Below are positions 49,871 to 64,000 of a stretch of DNA of 64,000 nucleotides, in pieces. Position numbers and translations under genes: made by a program. The notes below the pieces were generated by a model. That model did not search any database and was not told where the DNA came from. It saw only the letters and a list, made by a program, of their open reading frames with translations. Origin of the DNA: Callorhinchus milii (lineage: Eukaryota); contig NW_024704748.1 in assembly GCF_018977255.1 (NCBI RefSeq), positions 17,732,001-17,796,000 on the forward strand, read 5' to 3'. Numbering within the stretch: the first letter of the stretch is position 1; the number at the start of each line of letters is the position of its first letter.

Positions 49871-52800
49871 GTAAATGAAGCAAATGTAAAACTGATTTCT
49901 GTTCTGTTTAGGTTCATGCTGCTATTTTCCTGTTGATCATCAAAAGGAAAGTTTAATGTATCCAATCACTAGGGCAAACAATAGAATTTAAATTCATAAA
50001 GGGAAAGAACTTGCTAGAATGGGAGTTGGTTTGTTTACGCTAGCTTCTGATGGGTGTGTTCAGTGTGGGCTTTAAATGCTTGAACAGCACTCCTGTTCTT
50101 AATACTAGACAATATTAAAGGCTTAACTAAATGGTTAGTTTTGAGTTTCTGACCAGAACAGCACTAATATAGCTTTGTTTTTACCATACGTGTTAATGTA
50201 CTGATGTAAGCTTTTTTTTGACACTATTTGTTTGCTCAATGAACATTTTAACGTAATCAGTTTTATTGATGAGGACCGATGAAACTCTGTAGTTGAATAC
50301 AGCATCCTCCAAATGGTTTAAATAATTGAGCAATGAATAATAAAAAGTGACATTGCAAGCAAAAATCAATATTTAAGAAAAGGCTTTGCTTGTAAAGAGT
50401 TGAATTTCAAACCGCTTATTAAATATTTGGTCTTTGATTATAGGCGCATGAAATTTTTAATGTTAGGTTTTTAAAATCAAACCTCAAATTTACGTTTAAA
50501 ATGGTGTTCGAGAAGCCTCACAGAGACTCCATCTCTACTGTTGTTGATCATTTTCAGCAGACAGTACACAATCTCTATGGCATGCAGGGGTTAAGGATGA
50601 CAGAAGACAGATACAACTGACAGCAAAATTCCATGTTCTTGTTTATTCCGTCTGTGACTGGATTAAGAATGTATTGGGCATTGTGGTTTTGCACTTCATT
50701 ATCAACCTTTCTTAATGAAGCAAATTTCAGTAGTGTTATTTGTCTCTTAATAAACCCTCAAGTATACAAGAAGACTCAGCTGGTAAAATGTTTTTCTCTA
50801 TACACAGTATGTATTCACAAACATAACATTTCTGTTCTTCGGACAAATAAAAACAATATAGGTAAGGAACCACAGAAGAGTTGTGGATAACTTTTAAAGA
50901 TTGTGCTGATATAAGGTTGTTAATGAATAAATGCTATTCTTTACTGTCCTTAAGGAATTGAAAGCCTCACTTTGAATTCTCTGGGGGGATGTGTTTGTCT
51001 TATGTGGCATTATTATCAATCTGTCAAATCTGGTGACGATTTGGAACTCAAGATGTACCATTTTCTTAAAGCGAATGGCAGAAGGAGAATCAATTTTGTG
51101 TGTATTGTGCTCTGTTACAGTTAGTAATTACCACTTTCATTAATGTAGTGGTTATCAAAGCATATAGTATACATCAAACACTTATCTGTTCCCTTCTCTT
51201 CTACACATTTTCTCTGCATTTTGCTGTTGAGATGCAATAAGATGTCCAGTCAGATCTTGATGACAATGTGCTTCGATCTCCATGTATAATCATACACCAT
51301 GTTGTCATCAGTAATGTATCAGTTAATCAATATATTCAGGAGGCGATAAAATCAGGATAATCTATGATGGAAATGGTGTATATGGGGTTATTCTGCTGCT
51401 AAACCCAACAGTGGGTGTGGTTTCAAGACATGGAACCATTTTATTTAACCCTTTGTGTACTACAGTAGCATTTCAGCACCAGAGGGATGTTTATGATTAA
51501 CACTTTGCCCTTTGTGTTTAAAATCCAGAAATGAATTTGCCCTTTTTTTTTATTTCTCCCTTTCCTCTCCACCCCTAGCAAACTGATTTGTTAATTCACC
51601 CAATTTGAAATATAGTCAATACTCCATTTGTCCATTGTAAGTGTCACCATAGGCCACGTAGTCATTTGATAGTACTCCAGATTACTTGTTCAGAAAGAAC
51701 CATTTGTGGGAGTTTCAATCAAGTGTGAGTGAGCAGATTTAAGAGGTGCAAATTACTGGTCTGACCCATGAGTCATGCGTGTTACGTGGGAAATTGCTAA
51801 ATCTTCAATCAGACCTTAATCTGCTGCACCAAGAATAACATTGTGCAGAAACCTTTGGAAATAATGTTGGAAGTGTCACAGAACAAAGAACGTGTTTTAT
51901 ACTGCATATCTACAAATGTAATCTGAACCAGCCATTGACATCATGGACAAAGTGGCTGGATCGTACAACTCGAGACTAGCCAGCTTCAGGAAAACAAGTG
52001 GTAGCACAACAGAGGAGGCAGCAGCAAAAGAAACCTTAGCCAACCCCTTGTGTGTGTAAACCTCCAAACACTCCTGGCTGTCCATCAAAATAACTCAGGA
52101 CTATAATTCAGTTGTCAATAGGATTCCTGCTTGGTTGATAGATTAGTTTTTAGAGAACTGTTGATGGTCCAACAGTGATGGTAACAACATTTTTTATACC
52201 AAACCTGTTATTTTTAAAACTTTACCCCTTAGTTTCTTCTCAATCATTCTGAAGGTGTGAACTCTCGCTGTGATACAGCAGAGAGGTGCCCCGTCAAACT
52301 CCAGCACCTTGAGTAAGTGACCATTATTTCGGACTTTGTTGACCGTTAGTTGCTCTTTCAAAATGGGAGCATGAGAGCAAAGCCCAATCCTATCCTCAAC
52401 CAACATCCATCCATATACGTGTAAATTCACTGTCCAATAACCTTGAGCAAAGGTTTATGATCTCTTAGTGAAATTGCTCATCTGTTAATTGATCTTATTT
52501 TCTCAGTCAGGGTTGTGTATCCAGATAGACTCTCAAACGTGTGATCAGTTGCAGAACCCATTTGAGTGATGAATTTGGAAATTTTAAACCATTTGAGAAA
52601 ATATTTTTGTCAAAACTTTGACACGTTTTGGGTACCATTCTTTCATTGATGCTGAAGATGGGAGAATTGCTTCCAAAGCAATCCTTATTACCCCTCAAGG
52701 AATGTTGATTTTTTTTCAAGATGAGACTGGGGATTCCATTTGTTGCAAGCTGATATGATTTTCATATTCATGTCGATCAATGTAGTTCAGATAATATAAA

Positions 52801-55334
52801 TAGAAGTATTCTGATTCGTTCACTGTATTAAACAAGTTTTTTTTGCATATCTGTTTATCCTAGCTAAAACAAAACAATGTGACGAGTGAATGGAAAAATT
52901 CAGTACAGGTGTTTTGGAATCTACATCAGAGTATAAAAAATGATAATGTGTTTGGTTTCTTGTAATGTTGACCATTTTAAAATCTAACGTATAATGCACC
53001 CCAACAACAAGTGGAATCACTGTTGTGTAGTTCAGACCTAACTAGGCCCTTGAGGGATTTGCCCACAAAAATATACAGTCAATTCACTTCACAGTATATT
53101 CTGTAAAGCGCTGTGAGATGTCTCAAAGACGTGATAAGGAGATATATCAAACACAAGGCTTATTATGTCCAAAAGCGAACTTTTGAAAAAGAACTTAGAA
53201 ACAGATTTATATATGGAATAGCCCAACATTCTTAACTTGTAAAGATAATTCATCAAAATTAAAAATCGACATTCCCAGAAGGGTAGAATAATAATCCTTG
53301 TAGAGTATTTCTTTAAACTTGTACTTTCATATTTTAGAGTGTGATGTTAATTTGATGTCAGAGTAATATGCAGCGAACCCTTCAGTGGACCACAGCACAA
53401 GCTGATTTGCCTGCTGAAGCAGGTTCTGGCTCGTGTCAGCAAATTGATAATTGTGGGCTAATTGACGTACATTTCCAATGAGTCAGAATGACAAACCACA
53501 CTTGGTCAAAAGGGGTCACTTTCTCTTTTCTTCCTCCCATCCCTCAAGTTGCACTCCATTAGGCTATTGGTAATCTTCAACACAATGGAATCAATGAGTA
53601 ATTATTTTATGAATTGCTGTGTAGCAAGTGGTATAACACTGATAAGAAAGCACCACAGAGCATAAGCACAAAATCTATTGCCATATCCAACACCATAGTG
53701 ATGTGGTCCTCAGCAATGTTTTGCACAAATGTGGGGATCGAAAGAATTATTGCAGCACTGACACATTTTAGTGATGGAGCAAAGTTGATGGATAAAATGT
53801 AGTCATGTGCTTTAATTAAATAATAAATAATACTATTACTAATAATTAATTAAAATATTAACAATTACCCATATTATTCATCACCTTGCGGATCCTTGAC
53901 AAAATGTGTATTTGTTATATTGTATTAATATTCATATAATTTGCAATGTGTTTTGAGTCTTCCAACTCTGAGCAATAGGATTCAACACTTACTGTAACTG
54001 GGAAGGTGTGTCAGGTGTTACCACAGTGTTGGCAGGTAACAGATGGCCTAAAGAGAACTAGGATTTAGTTTCATGTTTGCATGATGTGAATTTCTAAACC
54101 GCCTTGAAAGAACCCGGAGTCCACTTAGATCATATTTTTGCAATTTGGAAAGCTATAGTTTGAATATTAAGCTAACCAAAAATAAACTGCTGTACCACTG
54201 AGACTTGTAAATTCAGAAGAATGTTACAGGTTAAACAAGCCAGTTAGGAGCAATGCAGTTGCATAATAACCGATTCATAGACAATGTTTGAACCAATGTC
54301 TGTTTCTCATTACTGCTTTTTAAGAAAAAAAAATACAAAATAATACAGAAAGAGATGAGGACCTCAATTATATGCGATTATAATGCAACAATTTTCACTG
54401 CTTGGGTTAGATAGGAATGCTGGTCACTTTGGTTCTACTCATTGTAGAACATTCTGGGCTTGTGTGATGAGAATTTTAGAGGAGTAATGTTGTCAATTTG
54501 AACTGGGTTCAAATCCAGGTTCGACAGTTTTTCTCTGCCTCTTTCATCTGGAAGGCTCCCAAGTGAAATTAGTTTTTTTGCAGTTTAATTTAGTGCCCAG
54601 CGGGCATGAGGCCACCTCAACAATTGCAGTTGTTTTCAGAGAATTGCAGTGGGAAATGCATTGATTGGGAATCTGATTCAGAGAGAGAGTATAAAGTTGA
54701 TTCCTGTACAGAAGGAAGGATGTCAGAAGGTGATAATCTACTAAAGCTGTTTCATTTTCTATCACTGACAAACTCACTTTTGAGTCACTGAAGAGGGAAT
54801 TTGCCGTCAATCGCAATACTTCTGAGCCTCTATTTAACATGTAGAGCTGACTTGTCAGTGAAGTGGTAATGCCAAGAATGATAGGTTCTGGACCCCCCCC
54901 CCCCCAACTCCCATCCAATGGGTGACCATTCTAAAAGGAACCAAATACGATAAGGTTAGATATTGATACCGCGGTGCTTTACAATTACTACCGTGGTGAT
55001 GCATTGCATCATTTATCTCTGTATATGCTTCAGAAATGAACGTTTTCCTCTCTCTAGAAACTATATTTCCATGCTATTTATTCAGATTTTATTTCTGATG
55101 GGAAGCATTCGTGATTCTGAAACATGAACAGCCCATTGCTCTTGAATCCGAGTTCTCACATATGCTGAAAAAGACCAGCTAAAGGGGCAATTGTTGCTGT
55201 ACAGAACATTTATTTTAAGTTGGACTATCAAGATTGAAAGAAGGCGGGTGAACTGTTTCTCAGCGCTTTGCCACTTCTATCTGCCCACTTGAGGTATACA
55301 AGAGCATTGAGATCCATTCCTTCTAATTGCAGGG

Positions 55335-55545
55335 ATAACAACACTTGCATTTATATAACATCCTTCATCCAGGGTAGTGTCGCGGAGCGCCTATCAGTGG
55401 TGGGTCTGACCCTGAGCCAGGGGGAGAGGAAAGGGGGAGGTGACCGTAAGCGCGATCAAAAAGGAAGGTCTTTAAGCAGGATTTGAAAGTGGGGAGAGAG
55501 GGGGCAAGGTGGAGGGATTGAGGGAGAGAGTTTCAGAGAGTCAGA
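55335..55545 (-). mobile_element. L2 3' fragment
   Basis: acttgcatttatata..gatcaaaaaggaaggtctttaag. Confidence 0.78.
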
Positions 55546-55804
55546 GGGATTGTGTCCATTTGGTGCGTGTTGAAAATTTCCTTTGTGGAGAAACGGGCAT
55601 GAAAGTATTAATTATCTATTGTAGTAATGGATGACTTGTTTGCAATTAATTTCAATCTGAGTGTATTTTATTTTGAGTATGTAAATTGGACTGAAAAGAT
55701 TGCTCTTTAAATGATCCAGCACAGACACAATGGGCTAAATAGCCTTCTTCTGTGCTGTAAATATCCATGGCTTTATTATATTACCAAGACGTATTGCAGG
55801 TGTG

Positions 55805-56064
55805 TGTAAAGCGCTTCACAGAATAAGCTGTAAAATGAATTGACTGTATATTTGCGGGCGAAACACAGCAGCCAATTGCGCACAGCAGTGTCCCATAAAC
55901 AGTCATGGATTGAAAATGACCAATTTATTATTGTTTTGTTTTGGATGGATTATTATTTGGCGTGTGGAATAAGGAAACTTTCCCAAGATTTTGCCCTGTC
56001 TGGAATTGAACCCAGGTCTCTCGCTTGCAAGGCGAGTGCTCTAACCACTGAGCTACAGGACTCC
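55805..56064 (-). mobile_element. tRNA-derived SINE
   Basis: Body plus a head ending actgagctacaggactcc. Confidence 0.88.
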
Positions 56065-56775
56065 ACAATATGGGACATTGGACTTGATTTATTCTTATTT
56101 GCCAAACAGCTCATATTGGGGTACGTGGACTGAGGATTAAAGCTTTCCCTAGGAATATTGACCCGAAATCTATTGGACTAACCAAATGGAATATTTTTTG
56201 TCACTTTGCAAACATTTCTCATTTTAAAGGTATTGAATGTTGCTTAGCTACCCAGAATATCAGAGGATTTTCTTTCAAGAAAATATAAGATTTTGATGAT
56301 TTTTATGTCCAACGCAACGCAGAGGCAAAACAAAGCTGTATTTTGGTAAGCATTGTGAATAGTATTTTTAAAGTCTGAAGGTGATTCAAAGTAATGGAAC
56401 ATTGTGCCCTGACAAAGGAATACCAAAGGAATGACACGTAATCAAAGGATTGAATATACCAAAGCACTATAGAAGCTATGAACTCCTTATAAATTATATA
56501 TCTATTTAATGTTTTATTTTATAGTGTGGCTATAGGCTCCAGAATGATAAAATAAGATGCAAATGCCAGCAATGTATTTGTTATCCAAATGTTTTACAAT
56601 AATCTCAGAAAGGTGTATTTTCATTCCACACAAGGTTATATTCTAAACAACAACAAAATTATATTTGTATAGCAGGTTATCTCAGAAATCTACAGCTTGG
56701 TTATTCCCAAAGCAACTGCAAAACATTCCGTCCACCTTTGTTGCTGCTGCTCTGTGTTGTGCACAACACTTGTTA

Positions 56776-58340
56776 CATTTGCATTTGATATTGCGCCTTA
56801 TCACGTCTTCGATATGTCTCAAAGCACTTCACAGAATATACTGTAAAGTCAATTGACTGTATACGTTGTGGGCGAAACGTGGCAGCCAATTGCGTACAGC
56901 ACTGTCTCACAAACATAACATAACATGTAGGAGCAGGAGTAGGCCATTCGGCCCTTCGAGCCTGCCCCACCATTCAATCATGGCTGATCTTCTAATCTAA
57001 CTCCAGCTAATAACCTGACCCTGCCTTATCCCCATATCCCTTAATCCCTTTTGCAATAAGAAATCTATCTATCTCAGTCTTGAATATGTTCAAGGACTGA
57101 GCGTCAACAGCCCTTTGGGATAGTGAGTTCCATACATTCACCACCCTTTGAGTGAAGAAGTTCTTCCTCAACTCAGTGCGAAAGGGCTGGCCTCTGATTT
57201 TAAGGTTGTGACCCCTGGTTTTAGTTTCTCCAACCAGGGGAAACAATCTCCCACTATCTACTCTATCATGCCCTTTGATGATCTTATAGGTTTCTATAAG
57301 ATCTCCTCTAATTCTTCTATATTCTAGAGAATATAGGCCCAAATTGGTCAGCCTATCCTCGTAACTCATCCCCTTCATCCCTGGTACTAATCTAGTAAAT
57401 CTACGCTGCACCCCCTCCAAGGCAAATATATTCTTCCTTAAATAAGGAGACCAAAACTGCACACAGTATTCCAGGTGTGGTCTCACTAGGGCCCTATACA
57501 GTTGCAGCAAGACTTCCCTACTCTTATACTCTAATCCTTTCATAATGAATGCTAACATACCGTTCGCCTTCCTAATTGCTTGCTGCACCTGCAGACTAAC
57601 TTTCTGTGATTGGTGTACAAGGACACCCAAGTCCCTCTGGACGCTAACACATTCCAATCTCTCCCCTTCTAAAAAATAACCTGCTCTACCTACGTGGATG
57701 ACTTCGCACTTCCCTACGTTATACTTCATCTGCCACCTACCTGCCCAATCACCTAACCTATCTATGTCTCGCTGCATTTTTTTAATGTCGTCTTCTGTGT
57801 TGACACTTCCTCCTAGTTTTATGTCATCCGCGAATTTAGATATATTAACTTCGATGTCCTCATCTAGATCATTGGTGAATAGCTGAGGCCCAAGGACTGA
57901 TCCTTGTTGCACTCCACTAGTCACATCCCGACGATCTGAAAAGGACCCGTTTATCCCTACTTTTGTTTCCTACCCGTTAACCATTCCCCAATCCACGTTA
58001 ATATGCTCCCCCCAATTCCATGGGTCCTTATCTTTTGGACTAACGTTTTACGCGGCACCTTATCGAATGCCTTCTGGAAGTCCAAATAGACCACATCCAC
58101 TGATTCACCCTTATCTAGTTTACTGGAAATATCCTCAAAAAACTCTATGAGATTTGTCAAACATGACTTCCCTTTTGTAAAGCCATGTTCACTCATGGAT
58201 TGAGTGAATTTTTTTTAAGGAAATTATTACCTCCAGAAAAGCGATCTGTCAATTGACTAACAACCGGATTCCTACTTACTGCTAAGTAAACAGAAGCATG
58301 TGGAGCAAGGAAACCTGCCCAAAGTTTCGCTCTACTGGGT
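56776..58340 (-). mobile_element. SINE split by the CR1 insertion (tail 56776-56913, 5' part 58193-58340)
   Basis: Consensus cacaaacagtcatggattgagtg is broken into ..cacaaaca | CR1 | tcatggattgagtg.. Confidence 0.8.
56914..58192 (-). mobile_element. CR1-clade LINE, 5'-truncated (~1.3 kb), RT domain and 3' UTR
   Basis: ORFs 57957-58196 (HGFTKGKSCLTNL..VYLDFQKAFDKV) and 57007-57924 (SGVQQGSVLGPQLF..SKFADD..LVRPHLEYCVQFWSP..TRGHNLK). The 3' end reads ggccgaatggcctactcctgctcctac(atgtt)n. Confidence 0.95.
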
Positions 58341-59499
58341 GAAATATGTTGTTAGATGTTGATTGTTTTGCTCTCTCCTTGTTGTGGTGAAGTTTTATTC
58401 TTATAGCCATGTGCAAAACATTTGTATGTGTTTCTGTTTGTCAGAGGAACATGGAAGCCAAAAATTCCATGCCATTCTAATGAGAAAAAGATTCCTGTTG
58501 AGAGGACTTCGGGAACAGAATTTAGTATTGTTTGAAGAACAAAATGCCTTTCCATAGTTATATCAGCACATCTAAAGGAGACAGTGTTATATACCATAGC
58601 CCGTAAAGTACGGTAAAATATACTACAGAAAATCTCTGGAGTCAGCAGAGCTGAAAAGCTGAATACTAACGGTAGTGATTTTTAATTAGCTCAGAATTCA
58701 GTTCCAATTCAGTTATGAGTCAATTAAGACATCTGGTTGGTTAGCAAACTGATCCTAATCCCTGGTAATGTGACACATTGTTAAAAGCTCATTTCCATTT
58801 CAAAGTAGTGCATGTATTGGAAACTGTCCACTCATGAAATATTTTGAATATGTAACCTTAGGCTGGTTTGAGCTGTTGGCGAGTACAGAGCCTAGGTACG
58901 CCATGTACTTGGTTGACAGCATGAAAATTAATACTGCAATGTGTTCAATTTTCCAATGCCATAGATTTTGCTCAGCATGAAAATGGAGCATTTGAGTTAC
59001 GACATAAGAGCTTAGTATCGTTTATTTAAAGATGAGAATAGTGCTTAGTTTCAAAAATCTTTGCTGTGAAGGTTTAAACCTTAAAATCTGAACCAGTATG
59101 TGCTCTTTATGTAAAAACATCCAGGATTTCATAGGTCTTTTAGGTGTTAAGAATCTAAAACAAGGTAATGTAGCGGAGACTAATAAAATTTGTCTTTAAA
59201 GATTACTGATGCATTATTCTAATTGGCCTGGTTTGATTTTGTCCAGTGTTTTTTCTGCCTGTCAGTAATAGGCTAGTTAATGTAATTTCTTTGTCTATGT
59301 GCTAAAGGCAAAAGTGAAGTAACTGAACCCACTGGCAGAATGCTGAGTGGTGGCAAAGGCTCCTCAAAGTACAATCTGCACCTGAGTCAACTCATATTCT
59401 CTTGGACAGTGGTTCAATAAGCCATATTTGTTGGGAAGCAGGTTAACTGTCCTTCCTGAGTCAGAATGGGGCGAGATACAGTGCAAAATAACATAAAAC

Positions 59500-59900
59500 A
59501 GTGCTCCTCTGATGGCTCACTGGGTCAGTGCATCATGTAGTATAGGTTGGATTCCCATGGATCTGGAAGAACCCAGATTTGATCCCAGATCCGTGCTGAA
59601 TTACTTAATCTCATTTTATTGGCAGTGAATGCAACCATTGCCTCAGTGTTGCTGAACAACAGAATGGGAAAAAATTGTCAGTTTCTATTGCTTCACTGCT
59701 ATCCCTCACTGGAAAATGATGTATGTGTAAAGTGTTGGGTCATGATAGGATTGGACAAGGCATTGATGTCCCCAAGGTTGAGTAGTGTTCAGTACCCACA
59801 ATTTGGGCTCAGTCAACAGGTAATCTTTGGTGAGGTAGTGGAGGCTTGCTGGTTCTCATGAAACTACAGTATATAAATGCATGAGTCACTTAATCACTTC
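59500..59900 (+). repeat. Ancient SINE-like repeat; related pieces at ~4460-4640, ~35270-35500 and ~52330-52420 (-)
   Basis: Degenerate head atggctcactgggtcag..gatttgatccc, and loosely shared blocks (gggcta.gga.., gtgaccc.tg..ggaa.gtg.., gga.aggattgg). Confidence 0.45.
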
Positions 59901-62900
59901 TATCAGGTGAGAAGAAATAATAAGAGAAAATCACAGGGAAAGTGAAAAGAATAGCACATAATTGAATGCACAATTCTTTTTGAACAGTTTGTACTGACCG
60001 TGACTCTTGCACTGTAATTCTGTTTCACACTCTGTTTGCTTTGAAACATTTTTCCATTCAGTTTATTGTCTTAACCTTTTCTTTAACTCCTAAGCATTGT
60101 AGGTATTCCCATTGCCTATGGGAATTGGGTGCTTTTAGCCTTGGTGATACCAAAAAAACTTCAGTACATTTAGATTGTTATCCTTTAACTTCTGAACTAT
60201 TGAGTGAATTTCAGATAACAGTTTTACCGCAAAATTCAATAACATAAATATACATGAGGAGCTGTTATATGTAAGGTGTGCTGTTCAATCAAGTGATAGA
60301 AGTGACTCATGCATTGATATCAAGTGATTGAACAGTAAATTCTTCACAATGTGCCAGTTTGAGGAAATTAATAGTAAAAATCCTATGCTGCAGCATTTGG
60401 TATTTTAAAAATCTCAATTATTAAATTGTTTAAACTCCTATTCAATTGTATCAAATGTTGCAGAACATGTCAATTTTCCTAATTCTTTTCATCTGTTATA
60501 TTCATATAAAAAAAATTTCTATAGTTTGGAATTGTACATTAATTTGGACTGATGTGATGAGATGAGGCTTACCGAGTGCAGATACAGAATGAAGCCACTA
60601 TCTTAGGAATGGCCGATTAAGCCTTAAAGGCCAATGCTTGCTGTTGTGGAAGCTGTGAGTATTTCACTATTTATATATAGGCTACTTTGCAGTATTAGCA
60701 GCCAAGGCTTTGAGATGTCTCGAAGACTTGATAAGATGCTATATCAAGTGCAGGGATTATTATTATTATTAAATAATGTTAGTTCTATTTAAGACTCATT
60801 TTTGCAACCAACTAAAAGACAAATTGATGTTTGAACTTTGTTCTTCTCTTACTTAAAAATAGAACCATGAAAATGTATAGCACAAAGGGAAGTCATTTGA
60901 TACATTGTGTCTTTGTTAGCTTTTAAGAGCTATAATTTTGGTCCTATTTACCCATCCTTTCCCCATACCTCTCAAGTTTACTCGTTTAACCTAACCAGTT
61001 AATTTGCTGTTTTAGGTCTTCTGAATAAGATTGCAAGTTTAATGTCAACTATGAACAGTGTAACTGCCAAATTATGAACAGATTTTTATTGAGGACTTTC
61101 ATCCACTGGGAAATTGGTAGTGACATCGCAAATTTATTACACTTGGGCAATAGCCATCCAAGCGAAAAGATTCTTAAGCCATCAATTTAAGGTGGATTCA
61201 GCACCACTGAGGGGTGGAGTGACAGTACTTATCATAACCCAGTTCGCACCACTTTCCTCTCCTCAAGCACCCCGTTAGTTATTCTCAGTCCTGGTAGTGA
61301 ATAGTCTCACAACGTCCTCATGAAAGGCAATATTATTATTCTCCACTTACATTATTACAAGATAGTTTTATTGCCCTTGAATATTTGTGATCAGAAATGA
61401 CTAGAAATACTTCATTTATGTTTTGGGGCAACCAACATTAATATGATAATGAGCAGTTTTAATACAAATCAAGTAAACTATTCTCCTCAGAGTTGAGGAT
61501 TGAGCCCTTCCTGAATCTGAATTTCATTCAATATGAATGATGAATTCACATCAGTTACCATCTCCACATGTTCCAGTTGAATGATGATACATATCTACAG
61601 CTGTGTCTCAAATCTACCACAAGAAATGTCGACATTTCCAAACAGCAGCTGAGATCAGCGTTTGAGTTTGTGATAAATTAACACAAAGCTGCTCAGCCAT
61701 AACAGGTAAAACATTACATTGGTATGTTTACATCTCTATTTAACAAGCCACCAGCTGTTTCCTACATCACTCAACCAAAACTATCGGAACAATGTTAAAA
61801 AACAGAGTTAAGTTTCTTTAACATAGAAGTGTGAATATAGGAAAGCAATTTACCACGGTATTTATACATCCCAAATTAGGATTGCTCTTAATTTATAACC
61901 TGCAGAGGTGGTTTGGAGAATGCACATCAAATAATGGATTACTGGGAGGCAGTTCCAAGAATAAACCCAGTCAAGGAGTTTCAGATAACCCAGACAATGT
62001 GAGAAGGCTTGCAGAATTGATGAATACTTGATGAGGAGGTATCAGACATGAATACTGTCTGACACCTCTTCCTCCTTCTCACAATTGCAAGCATTTAGCT
62101 TCTTCCCCAGTACAGATTGTACAATTTCATATCATCAATCTATAGTTCAAAATGTTCACTGTGAGATTATTGACTCACAAGCATTGATATTTGTTTAGTT
62201 CAGTGGAGATTTTTTCCCATGAACAGGCAACAGAACAGTGCAGTGACATTGAATGCAAATATTTCATTTATAAGTGACTGTCTGTTCAAGGGGCCTTAAA
62301 GATCCCTAAATGCTATTGCTGACTCAAAAGAAGTTTCTCTCAGAATCCTCCAGCTAATACAATCTTCCAGTTAATTGAATTATTCACTTCATTTGTGTTT
62401 GTAGGACCTTGCTCCGTGCAAATTGGTTGCCTATAGATCCAGTCACTACACTTGACAGCAATTATCTGTAAAGCACTTTGAGTCCTTTTGACAATTGTAG
62501 GTGCTAGATCGAATGCAAGGATTATTTATTTATTAATGTTAAGTGCTTGCTTGCCCATTTCATTTGTCATCTTTAACTGAAAATGAAGGCTGTCAAAAGT
62601 CTCCTTTGATTGTCGAGGCAGAGGTTTGGCTTTACTGAGAAAGCATTTAAAAAATATTGCTGTAAAATACTTTAAGCCCATATAAGTCATGCCAAACCAA
62701 TCTTCCCTTCACCACTCCAACTCCCACCGAGTTCATCTTAAGGAGTATCAAACAAGATCCATTCCATTTGTCCCTACTTTGCTTCTGATCTTTTATTTGT
62801 GAAACCAAATATGTTCTTTTCTCCAAATTGTAAGATGGACGCTTCAATTCTCTCTTTTATTGCTATTTATTATCCTTGTTATACTGGATTCTTCACTTCT

Positions 62901-64000
62901 AGTATTAACCTTTAAAATGGTCATTGTACAAAAGCATTTCTGGTGTTTAGTGTTGTTGTTTATTTTACTGCATTGAATTATATGGCTTTTATTATTTCAA
63001 TATGCTATAATAGTAATAATAAATATTATATCATTATCTTTCCCTCCCCTCTCCAACCACCTTCAGCTTAGACACAAAGCCTGGTCTGTTAAAAACTTGA
63101 GTCGTCTCCATGAAGCAGTGAGCCTCTGTATTAATGATGTTTTTTTTTAAAAATTAAAATCATTTGATCACCTTCTTGAACTAAACACATTTAGCAAAAC
63201 CCGAGCAAAAGGAGTTAAAAAAAACTTCTTATATAATTTTTTTCTCCACTCATTATCTCCCTGTTCTTAGCCCACCACTAGGATAATTTGAAGGTGTTGT
63301 TCCAGGGGAACCTAATTTTGAAGCAGGCAAGAAGAGGCTTGTTTTTAAAATCTTCTCACTTGGAGCCTCACACTTTTACATGGTGTTGATCAAATTTCTT
63401 TCAAATTCACCCAAATTAAACCAGCAAGTCTGAGCAACTGGTAGCCTTGGGGCTGGAATGTGAAACCTGTTGGCTCGGACGGGGCAATCGCAATACGTTC
63501 TAACATTGCTTTTTATATATATTTATATTTTAATTATGCTTACTCTTAAAATTATTTTAAGAAATTCTCTCAGTATTTTATGCATTACAAATAATGAAAT
63601 GGTTTCAAATATTTGTATTTGTTGTAGAGTTATGCATGATAGTGAGTTGGGGAAGAATAGTAAGCTCTGATTGATCTTCTAAATTATTGCTACTTACAGT
63701 TTAAAGCTTTGTACAGGATACCAAATTCATGTCACATACACAGAAAGAGAACGGAAACTCCTGAAAAGCTTTGGGTCATGTTGTCCACTCATATTGTTTG
63801 TTGCCCTTCTCCAGACCTCCCAGAACGCCATCTGTAAATTGATGTGAAATATGCAGTTGTCCACTTTCTTTATTGTACAGGATTATGTGTGGATTCAGGC
63901 AATCTATAGTTTCTTTTTTGCTGTGGACTCCCAGCTCAAAGTTGCAGCTCACCATGTCAAAGTTAGCCGTCATGGCAGTGGACAGCATTTCCCAGGATAT

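Noticed and set aside
51471-51490. REST/RE1 motif TTCAGCACC (also ~19839 and ~61197)
   Set aside because: Only left half-sites are present; the GGACAG right half is missing.

Overview
Eukaryotic (vertebrate) genomic DNA, AT-rich and full of L2 and CR1 LINEs and tRNA-derived SINEs. The repeat content suggests a cartilaginous fish, possibly a holocephalan; this is inference only. The minus strand carries the 5' part of CDK1: six coding exons between 212 and 5783 with GT-AG boundaries and a continuous frame, including PSTAIRE, with the last coding exon left of the window. Its G2/M-type CpG-island promoter (paired CCAAT boxes, CHR and MYB motifs) lies at about 9.6-9.8 kb. Head-to-head on the plus strand is the 5' end of ANK3 (ankyrin-G), recognised from two alternative first coding exons: 1a-like MASSPSGGGDTDPQTQQ (13152-13202) and 1b-like MSEEAKKNGTKPAHRKKKGKK (49808-49870). 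The rest of the window is ANK3 intron. The most interesting signal is a candidate recursive-splicing module in the long ANK3 intron: a 3' splice site fused to GTAAGT at 33317/33318, then a 44-nt stop-containing RS-exon with its own GTAAGT donor, with a near-perfect ~230-bp hairpin ending 100 nt upstream. Most of the short ORFs in the supplied track are spurious or TE-derived. Repeat coordinates are approximate, and human sequences used for comparison are recalled from memory rather than searched.
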